Made by a program: the position numbers and the translations under genes. A stretch of 64,000 nucleotides of DNA from Albugo candida (Eukaryota): contig JBDOQK010000002.1 of the NCBI GenBank assembly GCA_040437565.1, positions 558,001-622,000 of the forward strand. Reading direction: 5' to 3'. Positions 44,234 to 54,843 of this stretch are shown here, piece by piece; within the stretch, counting starts at the first letter, position 1, and every line of letters begins with the position of its first letter. The notes beneath the pieces were generated by a model. It had not been told where the DNA came from. It saw only the letters and a program-made list of their open reading frames with translations, and searched no databases.

Positions 44234-46697
44234 CTAGTTCCGTACGACATTTTTTTTGAAAAATTTGGGAGCTATTTCAACCAACCATTCCTTTTCAAAT
44301 GCCATTACAGAGCGAATATAATGTTTACTTGTAAACACTAGTTCAGAATACACAACCCACTGAGGTGGTGATTTCCGCTGAAATAATGTTGAAGATGGGT
44401 GAATCTGGACCAGTTCCGACCCACCGATGATCGGTTTATAAACATTTTGACGATTATCTTCTCCGTTATATCGCATAGCAGTATTCAAAAAGAATCCCGC
44501 CAAAATGCTCTTTTGTAGTGACTGCGTATTTGGAAAGTCGGAACTGATTGGAAGATGCAAATTTTCAAGATAGTTTCGCAGTTGTTCGCGCACACTCTCG
44601 ACTTTTCGCAGAGCTCGAAAGTTGATGAAATGATCACGACACCATTTTTCGCTCTGTTTTTGACCGCATTGTTTATATCCATTGTAAATATTTAATAACG
44701 TGATTTGATCCCCATCGCTTGAGACAAATTTTGCTCGAGATTGAGCCGCTTGCTCTTTTTTGTCGCGTGGAAAATAGAAAATGGATTCAATGCATTGCAT
44801 AGCTACCACGCTAAGAGCCTCTTCCGCACAACCTAACTCAGCTGCCTTTAGTAGCATGACTGCAAACATCGGACTCACTGGAAGTCCGGCCATCTGACGC
44901 CCGCGTTTTGTCAACTTTCCATCTATATCAAACGCTTCGAATGCATACAACTTCTCCATTGCTTTGATTAGCGACGAGACTTCGGGTTTCTCAAGAAAAT
45001 CAAAACTCAGTATATCATCTATACCCATTGACTTAAGCTGCAGAACAACAGCTTCGAGACTCACACGCTGAATGTCCGGAATCGTCCGATCGGAAAGTTT
45101 ATCGAAGGTGTTTTCTGGAAATAATCGATAACAAACGCCTGGTGCTTCCCGTCCGGCCCGACCCGTACGTTGCCATGCCTGGGCTTTTGATACTGGCTCA
45201 ATTTGGAGCATTTCCACACCGCTGTTGGGTACATACGAACGTTGTTTGACTAGACCTGTGTCAACAACGTATCGAACATCCTTGATGGTGATCGAAGTCT
45301 CGGCAATATTCGTTGCTAATATCACCTTACGTACGCCATGAATTACTGGCTCAAATACTTTCATTTGTTGCTCCCGAGGCATAGCTGCATATATTGGACA
45401 TACCATCAACTTTAATGCTGTGGGAGGCAGTGTCTTAGCATATTGTTCCAATAGAGACTGGAGGTTATCTATGTCTTCTTGACCAGTCAAAAAGACCAGT
45501 ATACTTCCATTTCTTCGTTCTTCAAGATGAATTTGCAAAATTGTTATCAACGCTGCGTCTTGATAGTCTGGAAGCGTTTTCAACGAGTAAAATAGATCGA
45601 CTGGGTATTGCCGACCAGGAATACGAATAACACGAGGAGTAATACTCTGATCAGTAAAGTAACGTTTGAATAAACCGACATCCAAAGTCGCCGACATGAC
45701 TATAACTTTTAAATCGGTTCGACAGCGTAGTGCACGTTTCAAAACGCCAAAAAGAATGTCCGTTTGTAAAGTCCTCTCATGTGCTTCGTCTAGAATTATG
45801 ACCGNNNNNNNNNNNNNNNNNNNNNNNNNNNNNNNNNNNNNNNNNNNNNNNNNNNNNNNNNNNNNNNNNNNNNNNNNNNNNNNNNNNNNNNNNNNNNNNN
45901 NNNNTTAATGCTGTGGGAGGCAGTGTCTTAGCATATTGTTCCAATAGAGACTGGAGGTTATCTATGTCTTCTTGACCAGTCAAAAAGACCAGTATACTTC
46001 CATTTCTTCGTTCTTCAAGATGAATTTGCAAAATTGTTATCAACGCTGCGTCTTGATAGTCTGGAAGCGTTTTCAACGAGTAAAATAGATCGACTGGGTA
46101 TTGCCGACCAGGAATACGAATAACACGAGGAGTAATACTCTGATCAGTAAAGTAACGTTTGAATAAACCGACATCCAAAGTCGCCGACATGACTATAACT
46201 TTTAAATCGGTTCGACAGCGTAGTGCACGTTTCAAAACGCCAAAAAGAATGTCCGTTTGTAAAGTCCTCTCATGTGCTTCGTCTAGAATTATGACCGAGT
46301 AGCGGTCAAGACATGGATGTAATAGTGCTTCTCGGACCAGCATACCGTCGGTAAGGAATCTCACTTGGGTTCTATTGCACGACATATCTTCGAAACGCAC
46401 ACTATATCCAACAATTCCACCAATTTTATCTCTATTTATTTCATCAGATACTCTTTGAGCTACTGTAATAGCAGCCACTCGACGAGGTTGCGTGACTGCC
46501 ATTCGTACAGAGGGCATTTTATCGAGAATGTATTGCGGTACTTGAGTTGTTTTACCACTTCCTGTTTCACCAAGTAAAATAACAACTCGACTATTTTCGA
46601 TTGCTTGAATTATCCGAGACCGATGGCAATGAATGGGTAGTTTTTCTCGATCGAGTCGTAATTGCACCGCATCCTGTGACTTGTGTACTCGGTCCAT
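44234..46697 (-). CDS. DEAH-box RNA helicase, DHX33-like (about 656 aa after removing the overlap duplication)
   Basis: GETGSGKTTQ, TQPRRVAA, DEAHER, MSATLD, FLTGQEDI, ATNIAETSIT, QRTGRAGR, HA2 and OB regions; 45905..46297 repeats 45412..45804. Confidence 0.9.
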
Positions 46698-46751
46698 GCA
46701 AATCAATGTTATATACCTCTAACTTTCCGGTTACAAACACGAGGAAGGACA

Positions 46752-48184
46752 ATGAGCGATCTCGTTTGGGAACAATATGACGACGAAAGCAGCGGTAGAG
46801 CGTATTATTACAACAAGAAAACAGGCCTGACAACATGGGAACGACCAGATGATTACCAAGATAGCTCAAGGAGTGTTCCTACAACCCCAGAACATGCCGA
46901 TGGAGGATCGAGAACAATGGATGCGGCCTTGTCATGGAAACAATATATAGATGAGGCAACAGGAAAACCATATTATTTCAACGAAATTAGCAAAAGAACA
47001 CAATGGAATAGACCTGATAGCGATAAAATCCAAATTGTCGAATACTTTACCGATACAGACCAAGGTATTGTACGACTGGAAGGATCGATATCGAAAGTAT
47101 TTGAACTCTTGTTGTAGAACCAAGCCGCACACCTTCACAAGAGCCACAAGAACACGAAACACGAGCCGCACAAAAGAATCATAACAACAAATTCGTCGAA
47201 GCTAATGATGATTTAGCAAGTACGAAATCGTCTCAAGGCGTGAAAGCAGGACGCTCTCCATGGATCCGCTACATTGACAAAAGTACTGAAAAACCGTATT
47301 TTTTCAATACAATTACCCATATCACACAATGGACAACCCCTCCTTCATTTGTGGAAGCAGGCACGTGTTTATATACCTAATTTGCCCCTTTTCAGTCATC
47401 AGTCATTCACTTGTAGCCTTATCGTTCCACCCATCACACCTGTAGATCAAATTGAAAAGAAAGAGGATACTGCGACTACTTTACAAGATGCCAACTCTGA
47501 ATACATGGCATACCTTAGTCGAAAACATCAGGAGCAACTTAGAGTCGCAACTCAGCGAGCTTTGGACCCAAACGGTCACTTACAGAAATTAGATTCGTTG
47601 CTCGATCATATTGATAAGCGACAAAATGACACTCAAAGCGAGAAAGAGTCGAAAAACGAAGTCAAAGCCACCTCGATCAAGTGGGTACAATATATAGACC
47701 CAACATCGCAGTCTGTCTACTACTATAATATGGACACGGGTAAAAAGCAATACGATATGCCCAATGACCATGTTGTATCCGGTGTAAGCATTGAGCTTGT
47801 TTATGTTGAAGAACTGATTCTCAATTTGGTAAACTGTAGTTGGCAGACTGGATTCCTGCAGAAGCATTCGATGACAATTGCGCTAAAAAGGATGAGCTCG
47901 TGGATGGAGTTCATTACACCACCGTTGGTAAGCTTAATCGTGTGACGGGCAAGTATGAAAAATTTGGCGGCCAAGATTACTGGGATGCGGTTGGAATCGC
48001 ACCTGATCGTGCAGGTCGACAAATGAGTCAATTTTTCGACATCACTCAGCTGGAAGAAAATCGCAAGAAAGCAGTTTTAATAAAGGAGCAGTTGAAGCGG
48101 AAAAACATCAACTGGAAAAAAGTCAACGCTGAGAAAAAAGCGAAGAAACAAAAACGAAATAACAAGTGGCTATTTGAAGATTGA
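46752..48184 (+). CDS. Protein with four WW domains and a Lys-rich C-terminus, multi-exon
   Basis: WEQY..GRAYYYN..T.WERP; WKQY..GKPYYFN..TQWNRP; WIRY..KPYFFN..TQWTTP; WVQY..VYYYN..G..QYDMP; terminal RQMSQFFD...KKAKKQKRNNKWLFED. Confidence 0.88.
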
Positions 48185-48254
48185 CTTCCACTCCGGCTTC
48201 AATGCATCCGTTGTTGTCCATATTGGAAGTTCATAGAACCACAAACGACTGAAG

Positions 48255-49141
48255 CTATAAACCTTGCGAATTTCTCCTACAAAAAGCCATCATAGTGTCT
48301 TTGTGATAAGCGCGCGCATGTAGCGTACATTCGTGAAATCATCACTTCCATTTCTACATCGCGCTCAAGTTTTTGATCCACAATAACTGCCTGGCATCCA
48401 GCAACCGGGCACTTCTTGCTTCGTTTCAAGTGTGCAAGAATACCTTGCTCCGAGTAAGAGTGGCCGCAGGCGGCACTACAAGCAGGGATTGCTGATGCTA
48501 CCTGTGTAATGATAAACAAATAACTTACTTGCGCAGAGGATTTACAATCTCCATCTGTGTCACCGGACACGTGACGCTTCTCACGCTTTCGGTATTTTGG
48601 AATGTCACGTCGTCATCTTCGTTTCCAGATCCGATCTGATAAAGATAATGCCCATCCCCATTATGAGTAGATGATACGATGAAGAAGGTAAAGCACGTAC
48701 TCCTGCTGCACTACAAAATTTTCGATATATTTCATGCTCCTCCACTGAGCATTGCGGGATCAAAAGTGATTCTCGCAATATGTCATCGATTTCTTGAGGG
48801 GCCTATACTTTGTGTTTACAGATAATGGAGTTTTTGAGCATCCAGCAATCGTGTACCAATGCTTCTTGCTCTAGCGACGACTCGATTTTCTCTACTTGAG
48901 CTTTATATACAGCGACCTGACGACTTAACATAGCGTACTCTTTACTAACTCGTTCGTACACGTTCGACACGGTGGGCTCGGCAGGTATAGACTTTAGATA
49001 CGTAGCACTGGTACACAATACATCTACTCCTTCTATTATACTCTTCAAAATCTCGTAGTGCTGTTTTTTTGCAGCGTAAACCGGTAGTTTTAATGCGTCG
49101 GCTAATCCGCTTTTGACTTCTTGCTCGATTTCTTCGTCCAT
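48255..49141 (-). CDS. NSE2: SMC5/6 SUMO E3 ligase NSE2/MMS21-like (SP-RING), multi-exon
   Basis: Helical N-terminus; DDDVTF..CPVTQMEIVNPLR|..CGHSYSEQGILAHL..SKKCPVAGC. Confidence 0.8.
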
Positions 49142-49200
49142 ATTTGATAATTCTCATCTTCATTATTGATTTTAATACCCAATCACATTGCCTAATTGGC

Positions 49201-50358
49201 ATGACATTCCTGAGTGCTACAACCGATTCTAACCTCGAACAATTCAAGCTGCTTGCAAAAAATGCTCGAGGGAGAGCATGCGAAGCACTAATCCATCAAG
49301 TTCTATCAAGTCCAAACGTTTTCTTGTTCGGGCAACTATTAGAAATGCCCAATATCGCTGCGTTGGAAAATACAGAATTCCAACCATCGTGCAGACTTCT
49401 TCAAATTTTTGCATTCGGGACTTATCACGATTATGAACGTACGAGGCCATATAAATGCTCTTATTAATCGAATTCTATATGTTCTATACAAGGTCAACGA
49501 CAAGAACTCCCGCAGCTGACTCCTGCTCAGGAACTTAAGCTGCGTAAATTGTCCGTTGTGTCCTTAGCACAACATAATAAGGTTCGTCGAAGCATTCAAA
49601 ACACTGGAGCCTAATAGTAGCGTCAAATATGTATATTCTGTAACCCGATGTGTCAACTTGTGGTGACTTATCATTTACCGACCAGGATCTCCCTTATGAA
49701 GTACTGATGGGTGCCCTGAATGTCAACACAATAAGAGCACTGGAAGATGTTCTGATAGATACAATATACTCGGTAATTGTGAAAAGGATCGAGAATGATA
49801 ATGGATCACTTACCGAGACTGCACTGGAAGGGGCTAGTGCAAGGCAAATTAGATCAGAAGACAAAGAGTATGCGAGTCACTTATGCAATTGCACGTGATG
49901 TACAAAGCCATGATATAGCCCTTATGAGAAAAAAACTAAAAGAATGGTACGATATCGTTTGTCGCTACTTGTTATTAGCGCAGTACGCCTGAAAGAATTC
50001 TCCGTAGGCAATCTAAGGCCTCTGCAGTCTGTGAACAAATTGAGTTGATATTGAGGTGTGGCTACAAATTTCGTTTGTCATCACGATTCTAAACTTTGCA
50101 ATAGTCGTGCAACGAAAACCGTTGAAGAAAACATTGCACGAGAAGAGAACATTCATTCCAAGATCAAGGCTGCGACCGAGCGAAATAGGGGCAACGATAG
50201 CCGAATGAACGTGGACGATGGGACTGGAGAATCCAGCCCAGGGACACGAAAGACAAGGTATCTTATTTAATTATCCATCGAGATTATGTTGACGTGATAA
50301 CATTTCCAGCGCAATGAAGCAACGATCGCAAGGGTTGATGACTCGCAAACGCGTCTAA
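49201..50358 (+). CDS. CSN7: COP9 signalosome subunit 7 (PCI domain), multi-exon
   Basis: LEQFKLLAKNARGRAC..LI...PNVFLFGQLL.MPN, LLQIFAFGTY.DY, KLRKLSVVSLA, RALEDVLIDTIY, GKLDQ, ARDV. Confidence 0.92.
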
Positions 50359-50619
50359 GGCAAGCTTTTTGGGTGCTAATTCTGGCTTATCTCAACGACT
50401 TCCTAGTAGAACGAAAGTGAAGCTCACAGCAAAAAGGACGAGAGTCATCGCAAAGATACGGCGCAATCGAGATAATTCAACAAAATCACGTTCCTTGTAT
50501 TGTTACAGTCGACCTCACTGTGAGGCTTACGCACAAGTCAGTGTACATTTGTCAGCAGGTTGAGTGGGTGGGTGTACTTGCTAGCTCACTCTAATGCTGT
50601 CTCCTGAAAGCTCCTGAAT

Positions 50620-51905
50620 TCAGTCATCGTATTCGATAGCTGGTATTCGAAATTTGCTAAACAATATCACTGGACGATCCCATTGTGTCACACCAAAGGT
50701 CTTCCGATACCTGAATTGGCCTTTTGGAGCAAGCAAGTGGTGCTCAATAGCCTCTGCAATGTTGTGTTTGAGTTGAATTTTGTAAAAGCTTCCAGGAACA
50801 ACTTGCCGAAGACGCTTCAATCTCTTCTCGGCATGCCTGTGTGTTATCAAACTTATGAGTCATGTAATGATTACTGCTACTACTATACCTGTAGCATTTC
50901 CATTTCTGCAGTTCGACAAGCAAATGATCAGTCGAGTCGGATAAATATTGCAGAAATTGTTCTAGACCATCATCACCATGGTTTATATGAATCCACATGA
51001 GTACACTAAAACACGTCACAAGTGTGAATCGAGCTTGACCATCCGTCTGACCGTTGCAATTCTCCCGACAAAAAGTTTGCAATAGTCTATTTGACGCAAC
51101 TGTATCAACCAAGTCTCCAGTCTTGAAACAAATAACGTCACCACCAATAGCATCGACAGTTTTCATGGTGGCCTTCTTGATCAACTTGGAATCAATATCG
51201 ACCCCAAGCACGAATAAATGTCGTCGGCTTTTCTCTTCTTCCGCTAGGCTTTTTTTAATAGGTGGAGGAGGTGTGTTCTGCGCAACGCACGTCAGCACCG
51301 ACAAAGCGCTCTCAGCCGCTAGCGCTTTTGCTACTCGCTTTGAGATACCTGATCCGCCCGCAAGAAGCTGATCGTTTCTGTAGACGCTGCATTGATACCA
51401 TTTTTGACCGCTTTCAACCTCCTCAGTTTTAAACCGAAAATTAATGTTGATTTTTTGGCGCTGACTAAGATCATTTAGTCTGCTAACACATGATATATCA
51501 AAGCTTTTCGCTTCACGTTCATGACCCGAATCAGAAAACTCGTCTATTCCTACTAGCCTTCGATACAATGCGATGGTCAAATTGCCTACTTGTAACCTTG
51601 CATCAGGTGACAGGTCTATTGAAAGCAGTGGATATTGTCAAACCTTCATTACAGCCAACATCAAGGAGAAAAGCAGGCCTTCCAGCATCTTGTTCGGGAA
51701 TACGAAACAGATAATTTCGGAGTGCTTGAATAGTATCTTGGTTTAAAAAGCGCAAACGTTCGCTGACGAGATTGAAGCGGTAATAGGAAGGAAAATTACC
51801 AAAGACATGACCACTTTCGTCAATAGAATAAGTTTCAGTACTATCGTTTTCGTGAGCAGTTTCACTATCATCTTTTTTCGAATTCGAATGAGCGGCTTTC
51901 GTCAT
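50620..51905 (-). CDS. Bin3/BCDIN3D-like RNA 5'-phosphate methyltransferase with inserted dsRNA-binding domain, 3 exons
   Basis: FGNFPSYYRFN, LDVGCNEG, LGVDID..LI, CFSVLMWIHINHGDDGL..FL, LLVELQKWKCYR; dsRBD-like block at about 51293..51493. Confidence 0.88.
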
Positions 51906-53137
51906 AAGATATGCGAGGGATCGATATTGATATCAAGAAATATTAGCACTAACATATTCATATGTAATTCGAATGGAGCTGCTCGCTCAGTTATACGTAT
52001 ACGTCACGTCGGGCTAATCGTTCATTCGCACTGATCGAATTGGTGCACATCTACAAGGACTACATTAAACTACTTCTGAGACAAATTTAATTCGACATTG
52101 TTGAATACTACATGTGATTTTATTTTCCGTCATCGCAAAGCATATAAAAACGTAGATCGATTGCTAATGTTTAGAACCTGCCGCAATATTTTTGAAAACA
52201 ACAACGGTGACCATTAGTCTTTTACTGACGTAAAAAGCCTGAGATGCAGGTGCTGACGACCACTAAAGTCTGAACATGGTGGCAGCTATTTTCGGGAAAG
52301 GACAGCTGGCTACTTGGTATCGTAAAGTACTGGCCCATGTTCTGAATCGACACTCATTTTGGGAAGATCCAGTGAAAAATGACGTGTNNNNNNNNNNNNN
52401 NNNNNNNNNNNNNNNNNNNNNNNNNNNNNNNNNNNNNNNNNNNNNNNNNNNNNNNNNNNNNNNNNNNNNNNNNNNNNNNNNNNNNNNTTTATTTTCCGTC
52501 ATCGCAAAGCATATAAAAACGTAGATCGATTGCTAATGTTTAGAACCTGCCGCAATATTTTTGAAAACAACAACGGTGACCATTAGTCTTTTACTGACGT
52601 AAAAAGCCTGAGATGCAGGTGCTGACGACCACTAAAGTCTGAACATGGTGGCAGCTATTTTCGGGAAAGGACAGCTGGCTAATTGGTATCGTAAAGAACT
52701 GACCCATGTTCTGAATCGACACTCATTTTGGGAAGATCCAGTGAAAAATGACGTGTACGTAGTCATCGCTTGCGACAGCTACTTCGAGTTTTGATTACTT
52801 CTGCAAATAACGAGCTTTTTCGGACCACATATTGTTCAAGTTTTAATATAGATGAGCTACGAAGAGTCAGCACACACCGTATCCTTCCCAGTATACAAAT
52901 TTGCCAGTATATGTATTATTTATGTATCATCTGGTTGTGACATGAGCAAACGATCGTAAGACGGTCCAAAATTTCAATCTTTCGAATGCGTATCAATCAG
53001 AACAAATCAGACCAGAGATGATTACTACTTAGTCATCTCAAATTCTTATTTGAGCTCACGTCAACCAAGCTGTGAGCGGCACAGTGTTGTTACGTGATAC
53101 CAGAATCACAGCGACACAAGAGGACACACCTTGACTA

Positions 53138-54478
53138 ATGTCACCTAACCAAGCCTTTGGGGCGCCTGATACCATACCTGGCTGGAAGGATCATCTTTTC
53201 ACAAATGAGATTTACCTGTCTTCTTCAGTACGAGATGTATTACTGCAGGAAGGAGAGCAAATGGTAACGCAATTGCTGTCTATCGCAAGATCAACGCGTT
53301 CGGTACCATGGGAGCTAGTACAGAGAAAGAATCGCATCTCAATATTCAAGAACAGCGATCAAACCACTATTCATTCGCCTTGCAATACTCATGCGGAGAG
53401 TACCGCTCATGGGGAGCTGACTGATATTGCAAAATGGAATGTAACCTCAACCACAGACAGCTTTAATGAATTGATGCAGATGATTTCGGGAGATTTTGTC
53501 GAAGGAAAAATACTTGCAAACTTGCTGACTCCGACGGAGTCGGATCCGTATGAATTCATCGGCTTAAGATGGGCATCATTCAAGACCTCCATTCCAACTG
53601 AAGATGACTATAACATGATACTGTTAGAATCTTCAAAATTCACAGTTGATGCATCTGGCCAAAGGATCGCCTGCAGCACCCTCAAATCAGTCAAGTCGAG
53701 TATCGTAGACAAGCTGGTATGTATCCGACAAGACTCCCATTCACTGAGAACGCTTCCACTCACCGGCTTCACTTTTCAAGCGACCGAAATTCCACGAAGG
53801 ATCAAATTTACGTATTCATGTTATTTTGCGACTCCTAATAACTTTCCTAATTGGGCAGTTAATATCGGGATGCAAGTAGAGGTTGAACAACGGATTCAGG
53901 GAAGAATCAGATTCTTTGAATCTTGTCGAGCAAGAGAAGCTACAGCCGCAGTTACGATGGCAACTCAAAAACACATCGACGATGACCTTCTGATGCATCA
54001 TTCGTCGAGGAATGTAAAAGCGGTACCATTTGTGGAACATGTAGCATCAGAGACTGTAATCAAGTCATATAAGGATGGATTTGAATCGGAGCGTCGTAGT
54101 AAAGGCAGAGTATTAAGCCCTATCAAAGATAGCCAATCCGCAACACCTTCAATGTGTGTCTCAACTAGACCTGTCAACAGGAAAGCATTATTCGAAGCAA
54201 TCAGTCAATCACAAAAGCTTATCGCCCAAGCAGAAGCTGCTAACGCATTGGCACAACATGCCCGTGATATGTTCTTGGAGCAATTCAGTGGAAATAATGC
54301 TCTCGATCAAAATAGTCAACACTGCGCGGATAAGCAGCACGGGTTGATTACAGGCTGCGGTACAAAATCGAAGAAATTTTCCATTGAGCAGCAAGGAACT
54401 GATTGTCGGCGGATTCCCGCTCAACGAAGAAATAGTCGACCCTACAATTTAGTTTTAACTCGTCAAGAAGCCTTTTAA
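53138..54478 (+). CDS. START-like lipid-binding domain protein (oomycete-type)
   Basis: W.LV..K.RISIF, G.L.DI, IL..L..PT..DPY..IGLRWASF, D...LE; low-complexity C-terminus with no FYVE cysteines. Confidence 0.7.
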   Translation: MSPNQAFGAPDTIPGWKDHLFTNEIYLSSSVRDVLLQEGEQMVTQLLSIARSTRSVPWELVQRKNRISIFKNSDQTTIHSPCNTHAESTAHGELTDIAKWNVTSTTDSFNELMQMISGDFVEGKILANLLTPTESDPYEFIGLRWASFKTSIPTEDDYNMILLESSKFTVDASGQRIACSTLKSVKSSIVDKLVCIRQDSHSLRTLPLTGFTFQATEIPRRIKFTYSCYFATPNNFPNWAVNIGMQVEVEQRIQGRIRFFESCRAREATAAVTMATQKHIDDDLLMHHSSRNVKAVPFVEHVASETVIKSYKDGFESERRSKGRVLSPIKDSQSATPSMCVSTRPVNRKALFEAISQSQKLIAQAEAANALAQHARDMFLEQFSGNNALDQNSQHCADKQHGLITGCGTKSKKFSIEQQGTDCRRIPAQRRNSRPYNLVLTRQEAF

Positions 54479-54843
54479 AACTCCAATATTATGTTGTTCT
54501 TTGTATAAATTTGTACATGAAAGTCTCGCACTCTGTGTGGTAAATCTGATTTGGACAATCTTTGCAATCCGCAGACATCGACAAGGTTTCCTGTACTTGA
54601 ATGTATGCATTAAGCATGTTGATGTCAATCCCACATTCCCTAGTCTGTGTAGCTGAAGCATACACCTACTGCTCCAGGTCGGCCGTCACTTTTGTTATGC
54701 ACGCGTTCTATGCGCCCAAAGCGCATGAATAATCATTCATGTATTCATATCAGCAGGATGTAGGTAAAAATATATCGTCCTTGCCGAGTAGTGACTGTTG
54801 AAGATCTTGCCACACCTGCAGCGCGTGTGATTTACCCATCGGA

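Noticed and set aside
45412-46297. Two DEAH helicase genes or a frameshift
   Set aside because: One gene; removing the gap plus overlap (493 bp) restores a single reading frame.
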